NCBI GenBank assembly: GCA_963788195.1
Contig: CAWBGA010000017.1
Location: 480,001 to 544,000, forward strand
Reading direction: 5' to 3'
DNA length: 64,000 nucleotides
From: Nitrospirota bacterium
GTDB taxonomy: Bacteria > Nitrospirota > Nitrospiria > Nitrospirales > NS-4
Shown: positions 9,325 through 20,380 of the stretch, piece by piece
Numbering within the stretch: the first letter of the stretch is position 1
Layout: the number at the start of each line of letters is the position of its first letter
Notes under the pieces: model-generated
Database searches by the model: none
What the model was told of the DNA's origin: nothing
What the model saw: only the letters and a program-made list of their open reading frames with translations
Made by a program: the position numbers and the translations under genes

Positions 9325-10260
9325 CTACCTTTGGGTGTCCCCTGAAGAGAAAGGGGGAGGAGCGTTCTGCGAGCAACGAAAGCCTACGAAGGCGTTCCTG
9401 GTCTCAGGAAGCAGCTTTGTCGTGCGGCTCGCGGAAAGCAGATATACCGGCATGTCTGACCACGAGCCACCTCGCGTGACCTTGTACTGCCCGCGCAGGG
9501 GTCCTGGAGGATTTCCGGGGGGACTTTCTCGGTAGTACTCTCCGTCGTACCAATCTTGCACCCATTCCGCCACGTTGCCGGCTTGATCAAGGGTGCCATA
9601 GGGGCCTTGTCCCTTGGCGTAACTGCCTACAGGCTTGAGAGATAATAAAAATAAGAAATTGTCCACGTTGCCGGCTTGATCGAGGGTGCCATAAGGGCCT
9701 TGTCCCTTGGTGTAACTGCCTACAGGCTTGAGCAGGTCATACGAAAACTGTGTCCCTTGACCGAAGAGCGCCAAAGAGGCGCTCGGCCGCAGGTCGCCCC
9801 AGGGAAACTTTCGTTCGTCCTCGTCACGTGCAGCGCGCTCCCATTGAGCCTCGGTGGGCAACCGCCGCCCGGCAATTTGACAATACGCATCGGCGTCGCC
9901 CCAACTGACTCCGATGACCGGATGATCGGCGTGCTCGGGAAACTTTACCTTATCCCAGTTGACCGGTTTCTCCCAGCCTGAGGCTGCTAAAAACCGGGCG
10001 TACCGCTCGGTGGTCACCTCGAATTTGTCGATGTAAAAGGCATCCAGATACACCCTGTGCCGGGGCTGCTCGTCGTCCAGGCCTTCCCCTTCCGGCAGCC
10101 CCATCCAGAATTCGCCAGCAGGGACGAAAACCATGGGGGCTCCGTCTCTTGCCGTGATCTCCTTGGGGTGATCACCAACGGCCTGCACAGAATCCCACAA
10201 CCCGCATAGTAGGACCAGAATGAGACACCCATAACGCAAGAGGAAGAGGAATTTCCACGG
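9325..10260 (-). CDS. Formylglycine-generating enzyme (FGE-sulfatase/SUMF1) family protein with an internal in-frame duplication
   Basis: FYIDKFEVT, HPVIGVSW, RLPTEAQWERAAR, AGNVAEW, RGGSW and GFRC motifs; start approximate because the ORF extension to 10401 runs through a repeat. Confidence 0.88.
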   Translation of the reverse strand, partial: PWKFLFLLRYGCLILVLLCGLWDSVQAVGDHPKEITARDGAPMVFVPAGEFWMGLPEGEGLDDEQPRHRVYLDAFYIDKFEVTTERYARFLAASGWEKPVNWDKVKFPEHADHPVIGVSWGDADAYCQIAGRRLPTEAQWERAARDEDERKFPWGDLRPSASLALFGQGTQFSYDLLKPVGSYTKGQGPYGTLDQAGNVDNFLFLLSLKPVGSYAKGQGPYGTLDQAGNVAEWVQDWYDGEYYRESPPGNPPGPLRGQYKVTRGGSWSDMPVYLLSASRTTKLLPETRNAFVGFRCSQNAPPPFSSGDTQR

Positions 10261-10287
10261 GGTACCCCTTGCCTTCCCGTACAAGAG

Positions 10288-10392
10288 GCACGGGCAAAGG
10301 CCCCCGTCCTGGCGGGGCCAGGGTGTGGCGGGTGAAATGAGTACTCCAGGGCCGGGCGGGTGTAAAGAGGAAAGAGATGCGTCTTGGCTCCG
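10288..10392 (-). repeat. Family-B hairpin repeat cluster (CCRRGA loop)
   Basis: CACCCGCCACACCCT-GGCCCCG-ccagga-CGGGGGCC-TTTGCCCGTG on the minus strand, preceded by a GGAGTACT half-stem. Confidence 0.65.
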
Positions 10393-10426
10393 TACATTCA
10401 TGAGATCAGTTTAGCATGGCGCGGCC

Positions 10427-12466
10427 TTGACTTCATTCCCCGCACGTCCCTATAGTAAGTACTTTCATGCAGCCTTGTGTGCCCCACGCAGTTTAATGCC
10501 AGTGGCTTGGTTAGGTAGGTGCCAAGTCTTCCCGGCCCATATCTTGCTGGCGTTGCTGATCATCGCTCCCTGGATGGTCGAAGCGCAGACATCGTCGTCC
10601 AAGAAGCTCGAGACGCCCGCTCCTGCCCGTTCCGTCACGCCTCAGATACCGCCGCGGCAAAAAGCGCAACTTGATGCTGCACGGTCTCTCTTAGACTCCG
10701 GAAGACCTCAGGAGGCAGTGGAGGCCCTTCAGTCCTTCATCGCGACATATCCGGACAGCCGTTTGATGCCGGAGACCTATCGCCTGCTTGGCCAAGCTTT
10801 GGGCAGCATGCAAAAATGGGAACAGGCGAACGTCTACTTCCGGCGTCTGCTTGAAGAGTATCCCGACTCCGAGTTGCGCACGGAAGCTCGAGTGGGATTG
10901 GCAACAGGCCTGATCAAATTAGGTCAGTTGGAGAACGCTCTCCCGCTGTTACGGCAAGCGAACACGGAAGCCACGACCCCTGCGCTTAAACTGGGAATTT
11001 TACGACGCCTTGAAGAGGCGTATTTGACGAAACCCGATTATCCTCTGGCTGTCGAAGCGGCGCTTGATTCACGCCCCCTCGTTTCCGCGGAGGAAGGCCG
11101 GGCCATTGAAGACCGGGTTCTCAGCCTTCTCAATTCGAAACTCGGTGAGACAGACCTCCGGCGGCTTGCCGAGCGGTTTCCCGAAGCTTTCCCCGGCGAC
11201 ATGGCAATGCTCCGACTCCTGGAGCAGTATTCCGCAGCCGGCGAGGATTATAAAGTCACTCGTACCGCACGCGAGTTTTTCAAACGCTTTCCAAAGCACG
11301 AGCAGGTTGGGGCTGTCACGAGCGTTCTCACGACCCAGCGAAAGAAACTCAAGAGCTATGAGTTTCTGTTGGGAGCCGTTCTCCCACTCTCGGGTCCCCT
11401 CAGCCAGTACGGACAAGAGGTACTGAACGGCATCAGGATCGGTATGGAGCAGATCTCTGAATACGCTCCCCGCCCGACGATCGGGCTCGTTGTTAAGGAC
11501 ACCGAGGACGATCAAAAACAATTAATAATAGAATTGGACGACCTCTTGGAAGATTATCGGCCGGTTGCCGTGCTTGGCCCTCTCCTCACCAAGAATCTGA
11601 AAATAGTCGCCCCCGCCGCTGATGCGCGGGACATCGTCTTCTTCACGCCTACCGCGACCTATTCAGAAGTCCAGCGGCTTGGTCGTTCTTTGTTTAACGC
11701 CGGCGTGAATCATCGGGAGCTTGTTCAAGACGTAGCCGAACAGGCGATTGTCCGCTCAGGGTGGAAACGGCTCTGCATCCTCGCCCCTCAGGACGCCTAT
11801 GGAAATGAGATGCTGCGGGTCTTCGTCGACGAGATCACACGTCTCGGAGGGGAGTTGATTGCAAGCGACACCTACAACGCGAAGGATAATGATTTCGGCC
11901 CGGCGATTAAGCGCCTCAAAGCCGCCGACCTCAATAAATATGGCAAGTTGACAACAAGCGCGAAGAAGGGCAAGTCGGCTAAAAACTATACGCCTGGATT
12001 TGACGCTATTTTCGTGCCCGGGGATGTCGAGAAAGTCGCGCTGCTTGCGGGCCAGTTACATTTTCATGGCATGGCCGTCCCGATTCTCGGCACAAACGCC
12101 CTCAATTCCCCGGAACTGCTCCGGATCGGCGGCCGATCAGTCGAAGGCGCGCTGTTTGCCGATAGTTTTTTCGTGGACAGCCCGAATCCAGTCGTGCGAA
12201 ACTTCGTGGATCGCTACCGGGCGCGATTTCATGAGGCCCCTACCGCATTTGCCGCGCAAGCCTACGAGGCCACTCAACTCATTCTGGAGGCTATACTGAA
12301 GGGGGCCAGGACTGGGAAAGCCATCCGCGAGCGCCTGCAAGCAATTAGAAATGTCCAAGGGCTTTCCGGACCGCTCAGCATGAACCCCATGGGCTATCTC
12401 GAGCGGCGCTATGCGCTGATCCAAGTCAAGGGAGGGCGCTTGATGTCGCTGACCGATTCCCGATGA
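10427..12466 (+). CDS. TPR plus periplasmic-binding-protein (LpoA/LppC-like, Leu/Ile/Val-binding fold) exported protein
   Basis: TPR-like helices (FIATYPDS, LLEEYPDS); LGAVLPLSG, AVLGPL, FDAIFVP and AAQAYEA segments; start uncertain. Confidence 0.75.
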   Translation: MTSFPARPYSKYFHAALCAPRSLMPVAWLGRCQVFPAHILLALLIIAPWMVEAQTSSSKKLETPAPARSVTPQIPPRQKAQLDAARSLLDSGRPQEAVEALQSFIATYPDSRLMPETYRLLGQALGSMQKWEQANVYFRRLLEEYPDSELRTEARVGLATGLIKLGQLENALPLLRQANTEATTPALKLGILRRLEEAYLTKPDYPLAVEAALDSRPLVSAEEGRAIEDRVLSLLNSKLGETDLRRLAERFPEAFPGDMAMLRLLEQYSAAGEDYKVTRTAREFFKRFPKHEQVGAVTSVLTTQRKKLKSYEFLLGAVLPLSGPLSQYGQEVLNGIRIGMEQISEYAPRPTIGLVVKDTEDDQKQLIIELDDLLEDYRPVAVLGPLLTKNLKIVAPAADARDIVFFTPTATYSEVQRLGRSLFNAGVNHRELVQDVAEQAIVRSGWKRLCILAPQDAYGNEMLRVFVDEITRLGGELIASDTYNAKDNDFGPAIKRLKAADLNKYGKLTTSAKKGKSAKNYTPGFDAIFVPGDVEKVALLAGQLHFHGMAVPILGTNALNSPELLRIGGRSVEGALFADSFFVDSPNPVVRNFVDRYRARFHEAPTAFAAQAYEATQLILEAILKGARTGKAIRERLQAIRNVQGLSGPLSMNPMGYLERRYALIQVKGGRLMSLTDSR

Positions 12467-13215
12467 CGCAGGTCGGCTCCATACTTCACACGATCTCCTA
12501 TATGGCCCTTCCACTGCTCCTGGCCATGGTGCTCCACGAATACGCCCATGGACGGGTGGCCGCATACTATGGCGATAATACCGCGCAACAGGCCGGACGG
12601 CTCACGCTTAATCCCCTTGCTCACATCGATCCCTTTGGCACCATCATGCTTCCCCTGCTGTGCCTGATCTTCCCGACTGGTGTCATTTTAGGGTATGCGA
12701 AACCGGTCCCGGTCAATCAGTTGAATCTTCGCCATCCACGTCGCGATATGGCAATCGTGTCGGCAGCGGGACCGTTCATGAATCTTGTGCTCGCGATCGT
12801 AAGCGCCATGATCGTCGCCGGCATCATGTTACTGGATCCGACCGTAGGGGACGCGATCTCTGAGCGCGGCACGCTGGTCCCGCGGACCGACCTCGCCGGC
12901 ATGATCTTGATACCGGTGGCATGGATGACCATGTACTCAGTCCTGATTAATATCATGCTGATGTTCTTTAATTTGATCCCGATTCCGCCTCTGGACGGAG
13001 GCCGAATTCTGATGAATGTGCTCCCGGAGAAGCACGGCGCAACCTTGAGCCGTCTTGAGCCTTACGGGATGCTGATTATCTTTTTCCTCGTGGTAATGGA
13101 CCCCTACCTTCACGTGTTTCGCACTCTCATGAGTCCTGTCACTCTTCTGTTTCAAACCTTGCTCGGCCCCGCAACCACCCTCAGCACAGGCCTGCTGTCC
13201 GCGTTGGGAGCCTGA
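12463..13215 (+). CDS. Site-2 protease (peptidase M50)
   Basis: HEYAH zinc motif and FNLIPIPPLDGG. Confidence 0.92.
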   Translation: MTQVGSILHTISYMALPLLLAMVLHEYAHGRVAAYYGDNTAQQAGRLTLNPLAHIDPFGTIMLPLLCLIFPTGVILGYAKPVPVNQLNLRHPRRDMAIVSAAGPFMNLVLAIVSAMIVAGIMLLDPTVGDAISERGTLVPRTDLAGMILIPVAWMTMYSVLINIMLMFFNLIPIPPLDGGRILMNVLPEKHGATLSRLEPYGMLIIFFLVVMDPYLHVFRTLMSPVTLLFQTLLGPATTLSTGLLSALGA

Positions 13216-13225
13216 GGATTCGCAC

Positions 13226-14206
13226 ATGGCGAAGCGCGTACTGAGTGGCATGCAGCCCAGCGGGTGCCTGCATTTGGGGAACCTCTTCGGCGCGTTGGAG
13301 AATTTTGTCCGGCTTCAGGCCGAACATGAGTGCTTTTACTTCATCGCCGACTGGCATGCGCTCACGACAAACTTTGAAGACACGTCGAAGATTCAATTTT
13401 ATACGCGGGAAATGCTCATCGACTGGCTCGCCGCCGGGCTCGATCCAGCGCGCTCGACCCTGTTTATTCAATCTCATGTGCCACAACACGCTGTTCTGTA
13501 TCTTTTACTCTCAATGATCACCCCCGTTCCGTGGTTGGAACGAAATCCCACCTACAAAGAAAAGCAGGAGAACCTGGACGGCCGCGACCTCTCAACCCAT
13601 GGCTTCCTGGGTTATCCGGTCCTGCAGGCCGCCGATATCCTGCTCTACAAGGGAGATTTGGTACCGGTCGGGATCGATCAGCTCCCCCATCTCGAATTGA
13701 CCCGCGAGATTACACGCCGGTTCAACGGGTTGTACAAGGCGATTTTCCCTGAACCCCAGGCTCTCCTCACCGAGATTCCCAAGGTGCCAGGCACAGACGG
13801 CCGAAAGATGAGCAAGAGCTATAACAATACGATCAACCTCTCGGATACGGAAGCCGAGGTCCGAGCCAAACTCAAGACGATGGTGACGGACCCGGCCCGT
13901 GTCAGGCGCACTGACAAGGGCAACCCCGATGTCTGTCCGGTCTTTACGCTTCACCACTCAGTCTCATCACAAGCTGTGATCGATCAGGTGAACCGGGAGT
14001 GCAGGACGGCGGAAATCGGCTGCATCGACTGCAAGAAGCTTGCGGCCGACGCGATTGTCGCTCGGCTGACTCCGATTTGGGAAAAGCGTCACCAACTCGA
14101 ACAGCAACCCAGGCTCGTGGACGAGGTGATCGCGAGCGGCGTCCAGCGGGCCAGCGCTGTGGCCTCCCAAACCATCCGCGAAGTCAATGATGCGATGAAA
14201 ATCTAG
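13226..14206 (+). CDS. trpS: Tryptophan--tRNA ligase
   Basis: SGMQPSG, HLGN, YPVLQAADIL, VPVGIDQLPH and KMSKS motifs. Confidence 0.96.
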   Translation: MAKRVLSGMQPSGCLHLGNLFGALENFVRLQAEHECFYFIADWHALTTNFEDTSKIQFYTREMLIDWLAAGLDPARSTLFIQSHVPQHAVLYLLLSMITPVPWLERNPTYKEKQENLDGRDLSTHGFLGYPVLQAADILLYKGDLVPVGIDQLPHLELTREITRRFNGLYKAIFPEPQALLTEIPKVPGTDGRKMSKSYNNTINLSDTEAEVRAKLKTMVTDPARVRRTDKGNPDVCPVFTLHHSVSSQAVIDQVNRECRTAEIGCIDCKKLAADAIVARLTPIWEKRHQLEQQPRLVDEVIASGVQRASAVASQTIREVNDAMKI

Positions 14207-14227
14207 ATGTCATTCTTTGTCATTCGG

Positions 14228-14290
14228 AGTCCTTCGCTGTCATCCTGAGAAGTGAAGGATCTCACTTTCGAGGCTCAGGACAAGCTCCGC
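14228..14290. repeat. Composite REP-type element (family A-like)
   Basis: CCTTCGCTGTCATCCTGAG...GCTCAGGACAAGCTCCG, with paired TCCTGAG/CTCAGGA arms. Confidence 0.5.
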
Positions 14291-14291
14291 A

Positions 14292-14761
14292 ACCCACCCT
14301 GGAATCTGCCAGGACAGATTCCTTTTCCCATGACACCCGCCATTCCACCCTGCCCGCCCCGGCGCTGCCAAGACAGCGCCCTTTTCCCATGGCCTGGGAT
14401 GCGCCGGGACGCATTCCTTTTCCCCTTACACCCGCCCAGCCCTTAAGGCTGCCGGGGCAGACTTCTCTACCCCTTTACACCTTTCCAGCCCTGGAATCTT
14501 ATTTCACCCACCCACCCCAAGCCTGCATCGCACCCACCCTTCCCTCGGCATGCCAGAACATGCCGTTCGCCCATGCGACAGGCTTTTGACCCGTGGGACG
14601 CATTCCTTTTCCCCTTTGCACCCGCCCACCCTGGAATGCGCCGGGACGCATTCCTTTTCCCCTTTGCACCCCGCCATTGCACCCAGCCCACCCCGGCGCT
14701 GCCAAGACAGCGCCTTTTCCCGTGGCCTGGAATGCGCCGGGACGCATTCCTTTTCCCCTGG
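14292..14761 (+). repeat. Array of about 10 family-B hairpin units, partly nested
   Basis: Stems GGAATCTG, GGCGCTG, GGAATGCG, CGGCATG and AAGCCTG, each with its complement, around a CCRRGA-type loop; C-rich leader and TTTTCCC tail. Confidence 0.85.
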
Positions 14762-14798
14762 CTTTCAGGAGATTGACGCAGCCGATTATTTCGAATAG

Positions 14799-15839
<1,041 letters not shown>

Positions 15840-15852
15840 GGAACCAGCCAGT

Positions 15853-17049
15853 ATGAATCTCAATAAGGTCGTCATCGAGGATCTCGCGCTGAAAGGTAAG
15901 CGGGTCATCATTCGTGCCGACTTCAACGTGCCGCTCGATGAGACCGGCCACATTACCGACGACACTCGCATTCGCGGCACCCTCCCGACTATTAACTACG
16001 CCGTCGATGAAGAGGCCAAGGTCATACTATGTTCCCACCTGGACCGGCCCAAGGGACGCGATCCGCACTTTAGCTTGGCTCCTGTCGCCCGTCGCCTCCA
16101 CCGCCTGTTGGGGAAGGATGTCATGTTCGCCGAGGACTGTATCGGGCCCGCCACGGCGAACCTGGTGGCGAAGATGAAACCCGGGGATGTTCTGTTGCTC
16201 GAGAACCTACGTTTCCACGAGGGTGAGGAGGCCAACGACGAGGAGTTCGCCAAGGCCTTGGCATCGCTCGGTGACGTCTATATCAACGATGCCTTCGGAG
16301 CCGCGCATCGCAACCATGCGTCGGTCACCGGCATCACCAAGTTTTTGCCCGACGCCGGCGCCGGATTCCTGATGCGCAAGGAGATCGAATACCTTGAGGG
16401 CGCCGTCGCGAATCCCATGCGCCCCTTCGTCGCGATTCTGGGCGGCGCTAAAGTCTCAGGCAAAATCGGCGTCATCGAGAACCTGGGCAAGAAAGTAGAC
16501 AAGGTCATCATCGGCGGCGGAATGGCCTTCACATATTTGAAAGCCCTGGGATGGGAAGTCGGCAACTCACTGGTCGAAGATGGGATGCTCAAATTCGCCA
16601 AAGAAATCTATGAGCACGCGATCAGCCGGGGAGTAAAGTTTTATCTGCCGGTGGACTTCGTCGTGGCGGCCGGCATGACTCCGGGGGCTGAGACCAAGAT
16701 CGTTCCGGGTCAAGAGATTCCGAAGGGTTGGTACGGCTTGGACATCGGACCGGCCTCCGTGAAATTATTTACGGAAGCTCTCGGAAATGCGAAGACTATT
16801 CTATGGAATGGCCCCATGGGCATCTTCGAGCGAGATGCCTACTCGCGGGGCACCATGGCGGTCGCGCATGCGGTCGCAGATGCCTACGCCCTCACCATCG
16901 TCGGAGGCGCCGATACCGCGCTGGCAGTCCATCGGGCCGGCGTCTCGGAGAACATGTCATTCATCTCCACCGGCGGCGGCGCGGCGCTCGAGTTGCTCGA
17001 AGGCAAGGAATTGCCCGGCATTGCCGCGCTTCCAAACCGTCACACATAA
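15853..17049 (+). CDS. pgk: Phosphoglycerate kinase
   Basis: RADFNVP, LLENLRF, DAFGAAHR, WNGPMG and ISTGGGA motifs. Confidence 0.97.
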   Translation: MNLNKVVIEDLALKGKRVIIRADFNVPLDETGHITDDTRIRGTLPTINYAVDEEAKVILCSHLDRPKGRDPHFSLAPVARRLHRLLGKDVMFAEDCIGPATANLVAKMKPGDVLLLENLRFHEGEEANDEEFAKALASLGDVYINDAFGAAHRNHASVTGITKFLPDAGAGFLMRKEIEYLEGAVANPMRPFVAILGGAKVSGKIGVIENLGKKVDKVIIGGGMAFTYLKALGWEVGNSLVEDGMLKFAKEIYEHAISRGVKFYLPVDFVVAAGMTPGAETKIVPGQEIPKGWYGLDIGPASVKLFTEALGNAKTILWNGPMGIFERDAYSRGTMAVAHAVADAYALTIVGGADTALAVHRAGVSENMSFISTGGGAALELLEGKELPGIAALPNRHT

Positions 17050-17073
17050 CCCTCTCGCTGCAAGAGCCCCTGC

Positions 17074-17847
17074 ATGCTCCAGCGTCCACGGTTGATCGTC
17101 GGGAACTGGAAGATGCACAAGACGATCCCCGAGGCGCAAGACCTCGTCGATCGCCTGATTCAACTTGTCGGTGATGACGTTGGGCAGGGGGTTTCTATTG
17201 TCCTTGCTCCACCCTTTACTGCGCTCTCCACCGTCGCCCAGGCGATCAAAGGTCACCCCTATCTGTTAGGTGCGCAGAACCTCCACTGGGAAGACCGCGG
17301 AGCGTTTACCGGCGAGATCTCCGGCGGGATGCTCCGGGATGTGGGTTGCCGTTACGTGCTTGTCGGCCACTCGGAGCGGCGCCGGTACTTCGGAGAATCG
17401 GATGCCATCGTCCAAAAAAAAGCGGCCGCGGCCCTCCGTCATGAACTGCGGCCGATCCTCTGCGTCGGCGAGACATGGGACCACCGGCAAAGCGGGCGGA
17501 TGGAACCGGTCCTGTCTCTTCAGTTGGCCGAGGGCCTGGGAGGTATAGAGAAGCAGCAGGCTCACGATGTTGCGATCGCCTATGAGCCCGTATGGGCGAT
17601 CGGGTCTGGCCGGGCCGCAACCCCTGAGCAGGCGGCCGAGGCTCACCGATATATTAGAATCCAGCTTCTGGCGTTATGGGGTGACGATGCAGCGTGCCGG
17701 GTGCCAATCCTGTACGGAGGAAGCGTCGTACCGGAAAACATCGGCGAACTACTCGCGATCGCCGATGTCGACGGAGCCTTGGTGGGAGGAGCTTGCCTCG
17801 ATCCTGTGCAATTTGCTAAGATTCTTCGCATAGCGACGCACGCCTAG
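17074..17847 (+). CDS. tpiA: Triosephosphate isomerase
   Basis: GNWKM, GHSERR, AYEPVWAIG and LYGGSV motifs. Confidence 0.97.
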   Translation: MLQRPRLIVGNWKMHKTIPEAQDLVDRLIQLVGDDVGQGVSIVLAPPFTALSTVAQAIKGHPYLLGAQNLHWEDRGAFTGEISGGMLRDVGCRYVLVGHSERRRYFGESDAIVQKKAAAALRHELRPILCVGETWDHRQSGRMEPVLSLQLAEGLGGIEKQQAHDVAIAYEPVWAIGSGRAATPEQAAEAHRYIRIQLLALWGDDAACRVPILYGGSVVPENIGELLAIADVDGALVGGACLDPVQFAKILRIATHA

Positions 17848-17858
17848 GTTAAGGACAC

Positions 17859-18317
17859 ATGTACATCGCCTTGGTAATCTTACATGTTTTAGTCGCCTTC
17901 ATCATGGTCGGCGTGATCCTGCTGCAGTCAGGAAAAGGCGCCGAGATCGGCGCGGCCTTTGGTGGCTCGAGTCAAACCGTTTTTGGGTCCCGGGGGGCAG
18001 GAACCTTCCTCAGTAAGATGACGGCCATCGCTGCCACAATCTTCATGCTGACCTCTCTGAGCCTTGCCATTCTTTCCAAAAGGCAAAATTTCTCCTCAAC
18101 CATTGGCCTCGATAAGCCAATATCTTCGCCGGTCGCACCGGCTACGTCTCCTCCGGGCGTCCCCGCCCCGGCTCAGCCAATGACAGATCTCCTCCGCCGA
18201 AACCGTAGAGCCCTGGATTCGAACTCGATAGGTAGATCGTGGCCGAAGTCGAACTGCCCGACCCCGAAGAACTCGAACACAAGAAAAGCAAGAGCTTTAC
18301 ACGGCGCGTCGCACTGA
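17859..18317 (+). CDS. secG: Preprotein translocase subunit SecG (3' end probably frameshifted; true stop may be near 18208)
   Basis: ILLQSGKGAEIGAAFGGSSQTVFGSRG; follows tpiA. Confidence 0.9.
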   Translation: MYIALVILHVLVAFIMVGVILLQSGKGAEIGAAFGGSSQTVFGSRGAGTFLSKMTAIAATIFMLTSLSLAILSKRQNFSSTIGLDKPISSPVAPATSPPGVPAPAQPMTDLLRRNRRALDSNSIGRSWPKSNCPTPKNSNTRKARALHGASH

Positions 18318-18835
18318 CAACGGCCGTGTACGCGGTCGTTCTGGCTATCGCATCCTTGGGCGGCAATAACGCGACGAAAGAGATGCTGCTGGCGCAGCAA
18401 CAGGCGAGCGACCTTTGGGCGCACTATCAGGCCAAAAGCATCCGGGAGAACCAGGTGCGTGTGCAGAAACTCAGGCTGGAAGCAGATCTTATCGAGCGGG
18501 GCCCCGAGATGAAACCTGCCGGACGACAGAAGCTAGAGGGGCTGCTTCAGGAGTACGCCGATCAGGAACGTCACTTTAATCAGGACAAAAAAGAAATTGA
18601 GGAGCGTGCCAAGGATCGGGAGCACGAACGAGACATCTACCGCACGAGAGATCCCTACTTTGACTACGGCGAAGCTCTCCTTCAAATCGCGATTGTGTTA
18701 GCGTCGATCGCTATCCTGTCGAGTTCAATCCCCGTGTTTGCGCTTAGCCTGGTTATGGCGGTATGTGGAGTTGCCTTCACACTCAATGGCTTTCTTTTCT
18801 TCTTTCAGCTTCCGGCGATGCGTCTGTCGCATTGA
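18239..18835 (+). CDS. DUF4337-like membrane protein
   Basis: ASDLWAHYQAKSIR and LLQIAIVLASI patterns. Confidence 0.75.
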   Translation: MAEVELPDPEELEHKKSKSFTRRVALTTAVYAVVLAIASLGGNNATKEMLLAQQQASDLWAHYQAKSIRENQVRVQKLRLEADLIERGPEMKPAGRQKLEGLLQEYADQERHFNQDKKEIEERAKDREHERDIYRTRDPYFDYGEALLQIAIVLASIAILSSSIPVFALSLVMAVCGVAFTLNGFLFFFQLPAMRLSH

Positions 18836-18917
18836 GAATTGGGGAACCTAGCTGAGGGAAATCCGAGTCACTCGTGATCAAGCACAGGAAAGGCGGATTG
18901 CTTCTCCCGATATTAAG

Positions 18918-18963
18918 CCAGCCCATGCTCGCGATAGAGAACTAACCGCGAGACATGGGCTGG
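18918..18963. terminator. Hairpin between convergent genes
   Basis: CCAGCCCATG-CTCGCG ... CGCGAG-A-CATGGGCTGG inverted repeat. Confidence 0.5.
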
Positions 18964-19028
18964 ATGCAGGACCCTCGTCCTAGGTTGTTAGCTTCGACCC
19001 ATTGAAGAAGAAACAACCCGCCAAGTTT

Positions 19029-20010
19029 CTAGTCAATCGCAGAGCGCTGTTTTTTGAATCTCCAGGCCGCCAGTGCGGCCAAGCCGCTCCCTAAAAGAAC
19101 AAGCGATGCGGGTTCCGGGACGACCCCGTCTACCCCGTCTATTGGCGGGCAAGGCGCCTGACCAGGTTGCCCACAGCCAATGACCGTGCCTGCGCCACCG
19201 CCGAGAGCGACAGCCACCGGGCTATTGTTCACTGGGCCAGTCACCAGTACGCTCAATCCCCCGAAGTCTCCGGAAAACCAGGTCGTGCCAGGGAGTGGCA
19301 TTGCTTAGAACGGCGCTTGTCAATCCCGGCAAGGGCCGTCGGCACCCGCCGGCGTGAGTGTCAGTTACCGGAATCGCAACCGCCTCCACACGTCGTTGAC
19401 CACGATTCCAGGTATAAGGTGGACAGCCATCCAAAGCCTCCCGTGATCCCACGTCTGGCTATGGGCAAAGAGGCCGCCGCCTTGCGCAGGAGTCCCAGCG
19501 CCTCCCACAAAATTGTTGATATCGGTCGAATGGCTGTTCATCGCCGCGATTTCGGCCGCAGTGATGCCGCCACCGACTTGACCCGTATTCGTGGGCATGT
19601 ACAAAATCCCGGTATTCGCCAAGGTGGTCGTGCCGATGTTTGCGAAATAATTGTTAATCCCTGTGGCTCCGGTGATAGTGGTATGCGTCCAACCCAAACC
19701 CGGCAATGCCGAAAGATTAAAGCCAGAGTTGAATCGCCTGCCGAAGCGTGACTCCGATTACAGCCGAGGACACACAGCGGTTTGGTTGCGCATTACCCAC
19801 ATTGGGGGCCAAATTTTCAAAACCTTTTTGGATATACAGCCATCCAGTTAGGTTGGCAGGGTTGGCGCCTCCCGTAGCGGAACCGTGATCGTCCGAATCC
19901 GTGCCGTCAATGATGACCGGACCAGCAGAGACCGAAGAAACCCACCCGACAAGGGTAAGGCCTAGGAAGAATGTCATCGACGTTCTTAACTTGCCCGTTG
20001 TTCGCCTCAC
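19029..20010 (-). CDS. PEP-CTERM surface protein, split over several frames by indels
   Basis: Signal peptide in 19717-20010, middle in 19365-19706, C-terminal VPEPASLVLLGSGLAALAAWRFKK in 19029-19301. Confidence 0.8.
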
Positions 20011-20077
20011 CGGTTTACCTCCCTGCTTATGTACTTCAGACGTACCCGTAGACCACCACTAGGTTTAAGTAGTTTTA

Positions 20078-20093
20078 AGCACAAGAAATGCCA
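20078..20093 (-). promoter_or_regulatory. sigma54 -24/-12 promoter candidate for PEP-CTERM gene 2
   Basis: TGGCATTTCTTGTGCT (GG-N10-GC); TGT-N11-ACA at 20291-20307. Confidence 0.6.
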
Positions 20094-20380
20094 CATTGTA
20101 AGACCATGAAAAAATGATAGAATTTTGATTTACCGCCTGGAACTGTCAATGTTTGTTGTCAGCACCATCGGCGTGGCGGGATCCGAACGTCCTGTGCGAG
20201 GAAGCTTCATTTGACTGATTTCATTTATAATTTCATGACTTAGCAGTGGCTCTCCAGGGCCGCTAAGGTTTTTTGATGCGCCCCTTGGGGTGTTAAATTC
20301 CCTGACAGCCCACTGATCGTATATAGAGCGACTCATGATGCATAAGGCAGAAGGAAAAGTCTGATGAAATCTGGGGCGGG

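Noticed and set aside
9325..9732. Diversity-generating retroelement (FGE domains are common DGR targets)
   Set aside because: There is no reverse transcriptase in the window, and the differences between the two repeats are not adenine-specific (A/G, T/C, C/T).
10261..10401. N-terminal extension of the FGE-domain ORF
   Set aside because: It runs through a family-B repeat cluster; the signal-peptide-like segment starts downstream.
14292..14761. CRISPR array or protein-coding region
   Set aside because: Spacing is irregular, units are nested and there are no unique spacers. The overlapping Pro/Gly-rich ORFs in all frames are translations of the repeat.
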